A DNA stretch of 64,000 nucleotides from Thermodesulfobacteriota bacterium. Its GTDB lineage: Bacteria > Desulfobacterota > Desulfobacteria > Desulfobacterales > C00003060. The notes under the pieces were generated by a model. It saw only the letters and a list, made by a program, of their open reading frames with translations. It was not told the DNA's origin and searched no databases. This document shows, one piece after another, positions 37,421 to 47,227 of this stretch (positions are counted from its first letter, which is position 1; the number at the start of each line of letters is the position of its first letter). The position numbers were made by a program, and so were the translations under genes. The stretch is taken from assembly GCA_034189385.1 (NCBI GenBank), contig JAXHVD010000017.1, positions 36,084 to 100,083 on the forward strand. Reading direction: 5' to 3'.

Positions 37421-38611
37421 ATGAAACGACGCGTTATCTTTATTGCTGATGGCAGCATAAAGAATCCCATTTTACATTCGCAGGGGCTTCCTCTATATGG
37501 GGCTCTTGCGGCCAGGGGTTATGGGTGCTCATTTGTCACCTTTGAGACACGGCTAAATGAAAATGCGTATAAGAGGCTTGTCAGTGAACTCGTAAAGAAA
37601 CATGGCAACATCGGATTCAAAAGAATAGCCATTCGACAAAAATGGCCCGTTCCTTCTGGGGCTGAGAACGTTCTTAAGGCTCTGTTTTGGATCGTCGCGA
37701 AATGTTACAGGGGGAAGCTGCATATAATCCATGCTCGCAGCCTTGTTCCGGGCATAGTGGCGTTGTGGGCCAAGGTGTGCAGTTTTAATAGATTGAAAGT
37801 TATTTACGATAAGAGGGGAGTGTTGATTGAAGAAGAGATATTGAAGGGGAATTGGGACGAAGGTAGTATGAAAGTTAGGCTATTATATCTAATAGAATGG
37901 CTTCTGCTGAAGTATTCGGATCAAATTGTTACCGTATCTTACGCCTTCAAGGAACACTTACTAACTACCTACGAGCTCGTCGGACTCAAGAGCAAAATAC
38001 ATGTAGTTCCGAATGGGACGAAGCTGTCAGAGGGCGAGAAATCCACCTCTGAGATGAAGCATTTGGTCAGCAAAGTGACGTGCGTTTACTCTGGGTCGGC
38101 AGCTCCCTGGCAAAAGATTGATGATGTTTTGATAATATTCTCAATTGCAGAAAGTATTTTCCGGAATATATCGTTTAAGATTTTCACGTATCAGAAGGAA
38201 ATAGTTCTTGATAAAATGAGCGCACACCCAAAAGTGTGGCCCAAACTGGAGATGTCAGATCTGCCGCCGCACGAAGTCCGTCAGGAGCTGGCAAAATGTA
38301 GTTTTGGGCTATTGATAAGGGAGAGAAACCTGATTAATCGCGTGGCATCACCTTTAAAATTCGCAGAGTATTTGGCGGCCGGTATACCTGTATTAATAAG
38401 CGAAGGTATCGGAGATACTGAACAAGTTGTGAGGAAGTATAATATCGGAGTAATCATTAAGAATGGCAATTATGCTAAGGCATTGGTCGAGATGAAGAAG
38501 CTGCTGACTGACCCATCTGTCTATTCAAGGTGTCGGACTGCGGCATCATCAGAGTTGAACGTTCAGGATGGGATTAATGGATACGTATCTATTTATCAAA
38601 AATTGCGTTGA
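37421..38611 (+). CDS. Glycosyltransferase family 4
   Basis: 'IIHARS', 'NRVASPLKFAEYLAAGIPV'. Confidence 0.88.
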   Translation: MKRRVIFIADGSIKNPILHSQGLPLYGALAARGYGCSFVTFETRLNENAYKRLVSELVKKHGNIGFKRIAIRQKWPVPSGAENVLKALFWIVAKCYRGKLHIIHARSLVPGIVALWAKVCSFNRLKVIYDKRGVLIEEEILKGNWDEGSMKVRLLYLIEWLLLKYSDQIVTVSYAFKEHLLTTYELVGLKSKIHVVPNGTKLSEGEKSTSEMKHLVSKVTCVYSGSAAPWQKIDDVLIIFSIAESIFRNISFKIFTYQKEIVLDKMSAHPKVWPKLEMSDLPPHEVRQELAKCSFGLLIRERNLINRVASPLKFAEYLAAGIPVLISEGIGDTEQVVRKYNIGVIIKNGNYAKALVEMKKLLTDPSVYSRCRTAASSELNVQDGINGYVSIYQKLR

Positions 38612-38617
38612 GGATCC

Positions 38618-39505
38618 TTGTGCATGCGGGGCAGATTAAAGCAAAGTGTCGCGGCTAGCGTAATTCTGTATAATCCCACAGGAACTGTAAGAGAAAATGT
38701 CTTATCTTACATAAATGATGTCCATAGGCTATATGTTTTGGATAATTCACGGGAAGTGAACACCGATCTATTAACGTATTTTGATCCTAGAAAGGTTGAG
38801 TATATCTATAACGGCTGCAATGTCGGTGTTGCTAGAGCTCTAAACGTCGCGATTGGAAGGGCTATCACAGATGGTTATCAGTACCTATTTACTTTCGATC
38901 AGGATAGCCATGCGAGTGCTTCAATGATTAGAAACATGATTGAGTTTATAGAAAAAACGGATTGTTCAAAAATTGGGGTGATATCAGCTTTTCATAATAA
39001 CAAGGGATACAAAAAGCCGGATCAAGTAAAATTGGTAAATGAAAGATTGTGTATAGCCACTTCTGGGAATATTTTGAATTTGAGGGTGGCTGAGATGGCT
39101 GGAGGCTTCGATGAAAAGTTGTTTATAGATTATGTTGATATAGAATACTGTCTAAGAATTAATTCGCTGGGTTATAGGGTAATAGAGCTTAACAACGCCG
39201 TTCTAGAACACAACCTTGGACAGCTCGAAGAAAAAAAACTATTTGGAAAAAAAATTGCCGTCACGCATCATTCGGCTGAGAGACTATACTTCAGAACTCG
39301 TAATAGGCTTCATGTAAGCAGACGATATTTTCGATGCTTCAAAAGATATTGTCTTAGGGTTCTAGTGTTGATTGGGAAGGATGTCATTAAGATATGCTTG
39401 TTTGAGAAGAACCGATTATCTAAAATGGGACTGATGGCGAAGGGGATATTTGATTTTAAGAGGAATAGGTTTGGAAATCCATTTCGGGATGGGAATGGGT
39501 GCTAA
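38618..39505 (+). CDS. Glycosyltransferase family 2 (rhamnosyltransferase-like)
   Basis: 'VILYNP', 'LDNS', 'FDQDS', 'FDEKLFIDYVDIEYCLR'. Confidence 0.88.
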   Translation: MCMRGRLKQSVAASVILYNPTGTVRENVLSYINDVHRLYVLDNSREVNTDLLTYFDPRKVEYIYNGCNVGVARALNVAIGRAITDGYQYLFTFDQDSHASASMIRNMIEFIEKTDCSKIGVISAFHNNKGYKKPDQVKLVNERLCIATSGNILNLRVAEMAGGFDEKLFIDYVDIEYCLRINSLGYRVIELNNAVLEHNLGQLEEKKLFGKKIAVTHHSAERLYFRTRNRLHVSRRYFRCFKRYCLRVLVLIGKDVIKICLFEKNRLSKMGLMAKGIFDFKRNRFGNPFRDGNGC

Positions 39506-39694
39506 AGGTCGGGGACAAATAACAAAGGGCCGTCGGGTGAGTGCGGACGAATGTTGAGAAGCCCTGGGAAAAGGTAGAGGCAGACTGAAGGAGAGCAGTT
39601 TTCGGCCTGAAAAATGAGATTCGGTGAGTAGGAAGGCGGGCCTAATGGCCAGTCAGTGGTGTGGATTGTGTAGGGCAATGGAAGGGAGGGTGAG

Positions 39695-40579
39695 GTGGGA
39701 GTGGTCAGTAGTAGGGTAAATCAGGAGGTATTGTCGATCTGTGTGAACTATTGTTGTGAGGAAAGGACAGTAACCTTCGTGACGGATCTTCTCCAGCAAG
39801 ATTGTTCCGAGTCAGTACGCGTGATCGTAGTCGATAACAGTGGGAGGGATGGTCCAGAATTGTCGTTATCGCGTTTTTCCTGCATGGAGGAGCGGGTGGA
39901 GGTATTCTGCCCAGGAAAGAATCTTGGATACTATGGCGGAGCTGCTTGGGCACTTCAAAAACACCTAGACTGCGGGGCGAGGTTTCCGGATTGGGTTATT
40001 GTTTCAAATATTGATATATCCTTTCCTGGGCGGGACTTTTTTTGTACTTTATTTAAGCTTTATGGGAAAGAGGCCCCAGCCGTGTTGGCTCCGAGGGTTA
40101 TTTCGAGTCGCACGGGGATTGATCAAAATCCAGAAATGGCGCGACGTCCTTGCAAGGCTCGATGTCGCCTATACACGTTGATTTTTCGATACTACCCGGT
40201 TTTCACGGCATACCGCCTGTTGGCCCTTGCTAAGAACAAACTGCGCGGCATTGTCGCTAGTAGGCGCATTTCGGGCGAATCTGGTGAGAGGGATCAGGCC
40301 ACGCCACGAATGCCAATCTATGGGCCACATGGTTCTTTTGTGATCTTTAATCGTGCTTACTTTGAGGCGGGAGGAAGCCTGGACGTTGGTTCATTCATGT
40401 TTGCAGAGACGATGTTTATCGCAGAGACCTTGGAGCGTTTAGGCCTCAGTGCCGTGTACGAGCCAAGACTGCGCGTTATTCACGATGAACATGTAACAAT
40501 GGGTAGATTCAAGAGCCCTCGAGTCGCTCGATTGCAGTGGGAGGCAAGCGTATATTGCTTCCGCGAATTCTTTTCTTAA
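39695..40579 (+). CDS. Glycosyltransferase family 2
   Basis: 'VNY', 'VVDNS', 'NLGYYGG', 'SNIDI', 'HGSF'. Confidence 0.82.
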   Translation: MGVVSSRVNQEVLSICVNYCCEERTVTFVTDLLQQDCSESVRVIVVDNSGRDGPELSLSRFSCMEERVEVFCPGKNLGYYGGAAWALQKHLDCGARFPDWVIVSNIDISFPGRDFFCTLFKLYGKEAPAVLAPRVISSRTGIDQNPEMARRPCKARCRLYTLIFRYYPVFTAYRLLALAKNKLRGIVASRRISGESGERDQATPRMPIYGPHGSFVIFNRAYFEAGGSLDVGSFMFAETMFIAETLERLGLSAVYEPRLRVIHDEHVTMGRFKSPRVARLQWEASVYCFREFFS

Positions 40580-40920
40580 ACGGTAGCCTGAATCTGACAA
40601 GAAACAGACCAATTGCGAGATATATTCTTCTGCTTTGTTGTCGCTTCGGTAGCCGGGACGAAGAACAGAGCGAATAAAAAGCCCGCAAGAGATGCTGTGC
40701 TGTGTGTGAGAACAGCGATTAAGGAACACCAGTAGGAATGGTTCAGAAGTGAATTGAATTCCTAGAAGACTATTCAACAGTGTAGAGCACCGTCCCTTAC
40801 CAACTGTCTTGGCGTAAAAGCCTCATCGAATCGACCTACCTTTATAATATACTCCCCCGGGATCTGTAAGCCATAAACCAAGCTCCCTAGCGGATCTGTC
40901 CTTTTGAAAATGGAAACGAT

Positions 40921-43900
40921 TTGGCCTGTGGAATGTTGTTTCCACGTTTAAGCTTTAACCCCATAGGCCATAGACAAGGCCTATATATCTGCCATCAAGC
41001 GGTGCTTTTTGTGATCTTGAATGCCGCTTTGTCAGCTGCGGTCCAGCCGCCTACTCCTCGGGTTACCTTAGGGAGAGGACAACATGCCCCGCTGATAGAC
41101 GCGGTATTCAATGACAGGTGTTGGGAAGAAGTACCCTGCTTCACCTTTTCAAATCTAGTCGCCCCGGACTTCAGCCGCGTTGCCCAAATCCAGACGGTGG
41201 CCAGGGCGTGTTACAATGAATCGCATTTGTACCTTGCCATTCGTTGTGAAGAACCACGCGTCCAGGGGATGAGGACGGAGGTAATGAAACGAGACGGGCC
41301 CGTCTGGCGGGATGACTGCATCGAGCTCTTTTTCGATCCGGGACGAACGCGGGAACAATACTACCAAATCGTGGTAAATTCACGGGGCACAGTGTTCGAC
41401 CAGATGGAACCGAGCTCCGAGAACTGGGATTCCAGGGTGAAGGTGGCAACCAGCATGCTGGAAGAAGGTTGGGTATTGGAGGTGGCGATTCCGTGGGCGG
41501 CATTCGAGACGCCACCATCGGTGAGTGAGGTGTGGGGATTCAATTTGGCGCGGGAACGTTACGCAGGGGGGGCGCGGGAACTGTCTTCATGGTCTGCCAC
41601 TGGGGAGGACTTTGGGCAACCTGGCCGTTTTGGAGAGGTAATTTTTGGAGAATATCCGATCTGTTATGAAATTGCAATGCCGGTATTTTTCGGATTTGGC
41701 CCAAATTACATCAAGGTGTCGCCCATCTCTGAGATGGAACCAACGGTTCGCATTATTCGGTCATCGCAAGGCAGGCAGGGCGGAGTGCAACAATCCGATC
41801 GGCTCCCGTTGCTTCGGAAGTCAAAAGGGTGGGATTTGGCCTTGCGAATTCTGGATGGAACGGAGCTTGGCGTGGTGGTGTCTCATGGAGATGGGGGCAA
41901 TGCCGGTTTTGTTCAGGCCTTGCCATTTGGGATCACACCAAAACCGCTGACTTTGGAGATTCAACAACGAATCTTTTCCCTCCGCCAGAAGTTGCAGGAT
42001 GGAGATGTCCCTTATACTGCGCAAACTGTGCCATTGTTAAAACGGGCTGAGGCAGCGCTCGGTCGCTTCATTCAAAGCAACAAGAGCAGGTCAATTCCCA
42101 TGTCACCAGAGGAATGGGATGCGGCGCATGACTCGCAACTGAAACTACGTGACGAGCTGGTCGGAAGCGACTACGTGGTCTGGACAAAGTCTCCTCTGGA
42201 TAATCTGCTGCCCACACAAGGGCCACCCTCCCTGGAAGCATCAACCAGAATCCTTATAGAGGCTTGTGTCAATGAGCGTGAAGCGGGTTCTTTTGTGATT
42301 TCGAACACTGAAGAAGAGGCGTTTGAAGGCCATTTCACTTTCACTGGATTGCACATGACAGGGCTTGAAGTTGACGCTCTCAAGTCCGGAACAGTCTTCT
42401 CAAACTGTGTCACGCTTCATGAGGTCCTTTTCCATAGACTGCGAAACGGCCAAACAGTGGCGGATCCCTTGCCGCGAATGAATGAGGCTCAGTCCTTCAT
42501 CATTCCGGCCGGTCATTGCCGTGAGTTCTGGATGGAGGTAGATGCCAAGCATTTACCTCCAGGTCGTTACAAGGGGGCTATTGAGGTGTTGCCGTTTGAC
42601 CACGATACTTCGAAGAAGACCGTGGACCTTCTGGTGGATGTAAAACGTGTGCGCTTGCCGGACCGGATGCCTATTGCAACTTACAATTGGGACTATGCGC
42701 GAGACGAGCGCTACGTTCTTAATTTGGTGGAACATCGAACCAATTGCTTTCTGATGAACACCCATCCACCCATCAAAATAGGGAAGGACGGGACAGAAGA
42801 AAAGCCCACCGATTGGACCGCCTATGACAGGTTGCTCCGGATCAAATTGGCTGCCGCACGGGAGCACGGAGGTATCGTGGTCTTTTCCTATGGTCTAATC
42901 CGGGACTTCCACCGCCGCTATTCGAATAAATATCGATGGAAGTTCATGAATGAACGTTGGAAACAGGCATTTCGTGCTTTGGTGCTTGAATTCGACCGGC
43001 ACCTTCGCGAAGATGTCGGAATGGCTTACGAAGATTACGTGGTCCAGCTCTGGGATGAAGCTGAGAACCACAATGTGGAACGGACGGTGGCCGCCGGCCG
43101 TCTCCTTCGCTCAATTGCCCCGCGAATGCGCACCTGCATGGATGGAGCCCAGGATAGCAACGAGATTAGGGTTATGGAGCCATTTGTGGATCACTGGATC
43201 CCGCATCAGAAGGTGCTTCATGACCGAGGGAAACACTCCGACCTATATAAGACTTACAACAGCATTATGGGCCGGGGCAAGCCCGTCTGGACCTATACCT
43301 GCAGCAGGAACATGAAGGCACAAAGCCCACTTGGTTACTATCGCCTAAAGGAATGGCGTGTTTGGGACTTGGGCCTTCAGGGTTCGTGCTATTGGGCGTA
43401 CAATAGCTGGAGTGGTGATCCATGGAATGATTTTGACGGTGAGAGAGAAGACTGTGGCGTGGTTTACGATGGTCCTGACGGCCCCGTGAACAGCCGGCGC
43501 TGGGAGGCCACGCGGGACGGCAGGGAAGACTACTTATGCCTCCACTTGCTGCGAGAAGCGAGTGAGTTGGCGGGGAACAAGAAACGGCGGGAGGTCAAAG
43601 TATTTATCGACGGACTCGTAGCAGAGGTGCTTGCCTCTGCTTCTGACGTTGAAGGCTTTGAGACGTCGAGAAGTGAGCTTTTGAAGAAGCTCGAAGAAGT
43701 ATGCGCTCCTTCCATACCAGAACTGATTGCAGAACCCGTCTTCTCCAAAAGGGGCAATGAAGTTGTTTGCCGATTGCGTGCATCACGTCCTGTGACTGTG
43801 CAATTTCTGTGGAGAAAGCCGGGCGACACCATGTGGCACTGCTTACAATCCGAGCGTTCTGCTGAACCTACCATCCACCTGGCACCTCCTTTGGAAGATT

Positions 43901-44028
43901 CAATTGAATGGTTTTTGATGTTCTACGACAACCTCGGCGCGACAGGCTGCCTCTTGGAGGGGCTTCACAAAGACAATTGGCTTTGTTTCAGGCACTTACA
44001 TCCTCTGAATATGCCTGATAGACCCTAG
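40921..44028 (+). CDS. Large carbohydrate-active protein: CBM9/DOMON-like N-terminal domain plus GH123/DUF4091-like domain
   Basis: 'DDCIELFFDP...YYQIVVNSRG...D' and 'WGFNLAR' (CBM9-like); 'LWDEA' and 'VVYDG...SRRWEATRDGREDY' (DUF4091-like). Confidence 0.65.
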   Translation: MACGMLFPRLSFNPIGHRQGLYICHQAVLFVILNAALSAAVQPPTPRVTLGRGQHAPLIDAVFNDRCWEEVPCFTFSNLVAPDFSRVAQIQTVARACYNESHLYLAIRCEEPRVQGMRTEVMKRDGPVWRDDCIELFFDPGRTREQYYQIVVNSRGTVFDQMEPSSENWDSRVKVATSMLEEGWVLEVAIPWAAFETPPSVSEVWGFNLARERYAGGARELSSWSATGEDFGQPGRFGEVIFGEYPICYEIAMPVFFGFGPNYIKVSPISEMEPTVRIIRSSQGRQGGVQQSDRLPLLRKSKGWDLALRILDGTELGVVVSHGDGGNAGFVQALPFGITPKPLTLEIQQRIFSLRQKLQDGDVPYTAQTVPLLKRAEAALGRFIQSNKSRSIPMSPEEWDAAHDSQLKLRDELVGSDYVVWTKSPLDNLLPTQGPPSLEASTRILIEACVNEREAGSFVISNTEEEAFEGHFTFTGLHMTGLEVDALKSGTVFSNCVTLHEVLFHRLRNGQTVADPLPRMNEAQSFIIPAGHCREFWMEVDAKHLPPGRYKGAIEVLPFDHDTSKKTVDLLVDVKRVRLPDRMPIATYNWDYARDERYVLNLVEHRTNCFLMNTHPPIKIGKDGTEEKPTDWTAYDRLLRIKLAAAREHGGIVVFSYGLIRDFHRRYSNKYRWKFMNERWKQAFRALVLEFDRHLREDVGMAYEDYVVQLWDEAENHNVERTVAAGRLLRSIAPRMRTCMDGAQDSNEIRVMEPFVDHWIPHQKVLHDRGKHSDLYKTYNSIMGRGKPVWTYTCSRNMKAQSPLGYYRLKEWRVWDLGLQGSCYWAYNSWSGDPWNDFDGEREDCGVVYDGPDGPVNSRRWEATRDGREDYLCLHLLREASELAGNKKRREVKVFIDGLVAEVLASASDVEGFETSRSELLKKLEEVCAPSIPELIAEPVFSKRGNEVVCRLRASRPVTVQFLWRKPGDTMWHCLQSERSAEPTIHLAPPLEDSIEWFLMFYDNLGATGCLLEGLHKDNWLCFRHLHPLNMPDRP

Positions 44029-44208
44029 TTCGAGGAAGAATAAAGAGTGTTTGGGCTGGAGCGAAAATCGTACGATGTTTCAAGAGGTTCTGTGGAGATG
44101 GGCACGCGTCCATTTCGAAGTTTGGGAGCGCACGAGATGCTACCTACTTTTAGGCAGTAAGATGCCGATGACGGAGAATGTGAATAGGGCTGGAAAGCCC
44201 AAATAGGG

Positions 44209-45435
44209 ATGAGCATTTGGATCATAAATCACGCGGGCGGCACTCCCTATCATGGCCCCAATATGCGAAGCTACTACCTGGCTAGGGAGTTTGTCCGTCG
44301 GGGAAACCGCACTGCGATTGTTAGCGCCTCTTTCTTTCACAAATACATCAACCCACCCAAGGTGCAAGCAGGCAATGGGCATGAGGTCATCGATGGAGTA
44401 GACTATTTCTGGACAGGTGTTCCTCGGTACAACGGCAGAGGGGGGGGACAAGTTCTTAATCAGTTGGTCTTCACTGCTAGGGCGTTTGGTCACGTCGTAC
44501 AGCTTCCAATGGCCCGTCCGAGAGTGGTCATAGCGTCTTCGCCGCATCCTTTTGTTTCATTGCCGGCATGGCGCGTTGCACAAAGATTCTCCTGTCCTTT
44601 TGTATTCGAAATCAGGGACCTTTGGCCCTTGGCTATACGAGAATTGACCGGTTGGCCCTCTTGGCACCCATATATCGCGATGCTTTCTTGGGCAGAGCGG
44701 TTCGGTTGCACCAAAGCGGATCACATAGTCTCGGTGAAACCTGGGGACATCCAGTACCTGAGTCAAAGGTTTGGAACCACAACCGAAGGCTTCAGTTGGA
44801 TCCCCAATGGACATCCCTGTGAAGACTCACCCCCCAGTTTTAAGACCTACATTACGTGGCCAAAAGGGGACTTTACCCTGGGTTATGTGGGGGCGCTATC
44901 GAAGTACTATGCATTGGAGACACTGCTAAAGGCTGTGGGTGTACTTCAAAGTGGGAACCTCAACATACAGCTTGTCATCGTCGGAGATGGAGCACTTCGT
45001 AGCTCGCTCGAGAAGATCGTTCAACAGATGAGGCTGAAGAATGTTTTCTTTGCGGGTGCTGTGCCCAAGCAAGCCGTGCCTGAGATCCTCAGACATTTTG
45101 ACGTTTGCTATCTCGGTCTCGCTGCAGTGAGCATAAATCGTTTTGGCGTTTCGTGTAACAAACTCTATGATTACATGTATGCCTCTGTCCCAGTGATAAT
45201 GTCCGCGGCCGTTCCACGAGAGTTTGATCCTGTCGCAGAGGCGGCGTGTGGGATATCGGTTCCCGCCGAGGAACCTGAGGCTGTTGCCCACGCAGTCCAG
45301 CAGTTTCGCGACATGCCGAGGTCCTATCGGATTCAGCTGGGTAAGAATGGCCGGAAGTATCTGGAGCGGCGCCACTCCTTTAAGCACATAGCCGATACTT
45401 ATCTTGAGTGTATAGCTTCACTTAGAAAACAGTGA
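44209..45435 (+). CDS. Glycosyltransferase family 4 (WbuB-like)
   Basis: 'IWIINH', 'ASSPHP', 'FEIRDLWP', 'NKLYDYM'. Confidence 0.9.
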   Translation: MSIWIINHAGGTPYHGPNMRSYYLAREFVRRGNRTAIVSASFFHKYINPPKVQAGNGHEVIDGVDYFWTGVPRYNGRGGGQVLNQLVFTARAFGHVVQLPMARPRVVIASSPHPFVSLPAWRVAQRFSCPFVFEIRDLWPLAIRELTGWPSWHPYIAMLSWAERFGCTKADHIVSVKPGDIQYLSQRFGTTTEGFSWIPNGHPCEDSPPSFKTYITWPKGDFTLGYVGALSKYYALETLLKAVGVLQSGNLNIQLVIVGDGALRSSLEKIVQQMRLKNVFFAGAVPKQAVPEILRHFDVCYLGLAAVSINRFGVSCNKLYDYMYASVPVIMSAAVPREFDPVAEAACGISVPAEEPEAVAHAVQQFRDMPRSYRIQLGKNGRKYLERRHSFKHIADTYLECIASLRKQ

Positions 45436-45619
45436 CCTCAAAGGAGCAATTGTGCAACTTGTAATATATAGTGGTTAGCGAAAGATTGTGTCGGGCGTAA
45501 GGTGCCACAAGAAACTGGCAACAGCCCGACAAAGTAAAGAGACGAGGCACTCTTTCACTCTGCCACTGTTTACGAGCTTGGGGCCTGCTAAATAGAGAAA
45601 AGCCCGAATTGACATTGTA

Positions 45620-46483
45620 GTGTATCAACCGGTAATCATCATTGGAGCTGCCCGCTCGGGAACCAACATATTGCGAGATCTCATCTCACAATTCCCGGGG
45701 GCAGGTACCTGGCCCTGTGACGAGATCAACTATATTTGGCGTTATGGTTCCCGGCACCACCCAACGGATGAATTGCCGAGATCTTTGGCCAATTCTAAGG
45801 CCAAGCGATATATCCGAGATGAATTCGCCAGGCTGAGCAGAAAAGGGAACTTAACCCATGTAGTTGAAAAGACGTGCGCGAACTCATTGAGAGTATCTTT
45901 TGTTGACAGGATATTTCCAGAAGCTAAATATGTGCAAATCGTGCGCGATGGACGGGATGTTGTGGCCTCCGCAATGAAACGGTGGGTGGCACCCTTGGAT
46001 ATCCCATATGTTTTGGCAAAAGCTCGATTTATTCCTATCTCTCATCTTGCTTTTTATGCTTCGAGATATCTGTCAAATCGACTCCATAAGATAGCATCAA
46101 ATAACAAACAGCTCGCCTCCTGGGGCCCTCGATTTCAGGGTATGGAGGAAATGGTGCGGTCAAAGTCTCTTGAAGAGGTATGCGCAGTCCAGTGGGCTCG
46201 GTCCGTTCAAAAAAGTGGGCAGGCTTTTTCGAAAATGGAGCTGGGGAGATACATCACAATTCGGTATGAGGACTTTGTATCGAATGCGGTCTCAGAAATG
46301 GGCAAGATAGGACGTTTTCTTGGGATATCCCTTAAACCGAAGGCAATAGGGAATATGGTTTGTTCGGTTTCGGACAGAAGTGTGGGTAGGTGGCAAAGAG
46401 ACTTGGATCAGAATGCGGTGGGGAGGATTATGCCCCATATTTCTCCGACATTAAAGAAATATGGCTACCTTCAGGAAGAATAG
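45620..46483 (+). CDS. Sulfotransferase
   Basis: PAPS-binding motifs 'IIGAARSGT' and 'VRDGRDVVAS'; also 'EKT' and 'RYEDF'. Confidence 0.9.
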   Translation: MYQPVIIIGAARSGTNILRDLISQFPGAGTWPCDEINYIWRYGSRHHPTDELPRSLANSKAKRYIRDEFARLSRKGNLTHVVEKTCANSLRVSFVDRIFPEAKYVQIVRDGRDVVASAMKRWVAPLDIPYVLAKARFIPISHLAFYASRYLSNRLHKIASNNKQLASWGPRFQGMEEMVRSKSLEEVCAVQWARSVQKSGQAFSKMELGRYITIRYEDFVSNAVSEMGKIGRFLGISLKPKAIGNMVCSVSDRSVGRWQRDLDQNAVGRIMPHISPTLKKYGYLQEE

Positions 46484-47111
46484 AAAGGAGCTAACGCTTT
46501 GGAATAGGTGCTTGAAAAGATCTTTTGACGTCAGTTTATCCCTTGTGGGAATGAGTTTTACGTCTTGGATTATCCTAGCTGCGTACGTCTTGGCCAGCCT
46601 TGAAACGAAGTCCAACGGGTTCTTTATCCAAAAGAGAATAGGTAGAAACGGAAGAATCTTTCATTTCGTCAAGATTCGCACAATGAGAAATTGTAATGCA
46701 TCTAATACAACGGTGACTACGTCCAAAGACCCTCGCGTCACTCGCCTTGGACGCATTTTGCGCAAAACAAAGATCGATGAGCTTCCGCAACTTATTCACG
46801 TATTTTTCGGTCAAATGAGTTTGGTGGGTCCTCGTCCTGACGTTCCAGGCTTTGCCGACAAGTTAGGTGGAAGTGACAGGGTCATTCTTACTATACGGCC
46901 GGGAATCACGGGGCCTGCAACACTAAAGTACCGTAACGAGGAAGATCTCCTGTCCTCGGTACAGGACCCTGAGCGCTACAACGAGGAGGTTCTGTTCCCC
47001 GACAAAGTTCGGCTCAATCGTGAGTATGTCGAGAGTTACAGGTTCCTAAATGACATAGAATACGTTTTCCGCACCTTAGCTCCAAAATGGGGTAGTAGCA
47101 ATGCTCGATGA
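46461..47111 (+). CDS. Monotopic phosphoglycosyltransferase (bacterial sugar transferase, PglC-like)
   Basis: 'KRSFD', 'KIRTM', 'KIDELPQL', 'MSLVGPRP', 'RPGITG'. Confidence 0.93.
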   Translation: MATFRKNRKELTLWNRCLKRSFDVSLSLVGMSFTSWIILAAYVLASLETKSNGFFIQKRIGRNGRIFHFVKIRTMRNCNASNTTVTTSKDPRVTRLGRILRKTKIDELPQLIHVFFGQMSLVGPRPDVPGFADKLGGSDRVILTIRPGITGPATLKYRNEEDLLSSVQDPERYNEEVLFPDKVRLNREYVESYRFLNDIEYVFRTLAPKWGSSNAR

Positions 47112-47227
47112 GCAACAACCGTATACATGCAAACTGTATCTGTTTCCGAATTCGGTCCTGCGCGGTAGCGAGAAGAACAGACTCTTCTACGAAACACTGA
47201 CGTGTGAGGCCCTGAACGCACCGCTTT

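Noticed and set aside
47160..47172. ops/JUMPstart-like GCGGTAGC
   Set aside because: Partial match only, deep inside the operon rather than in a leader, with no JUMPstart context.
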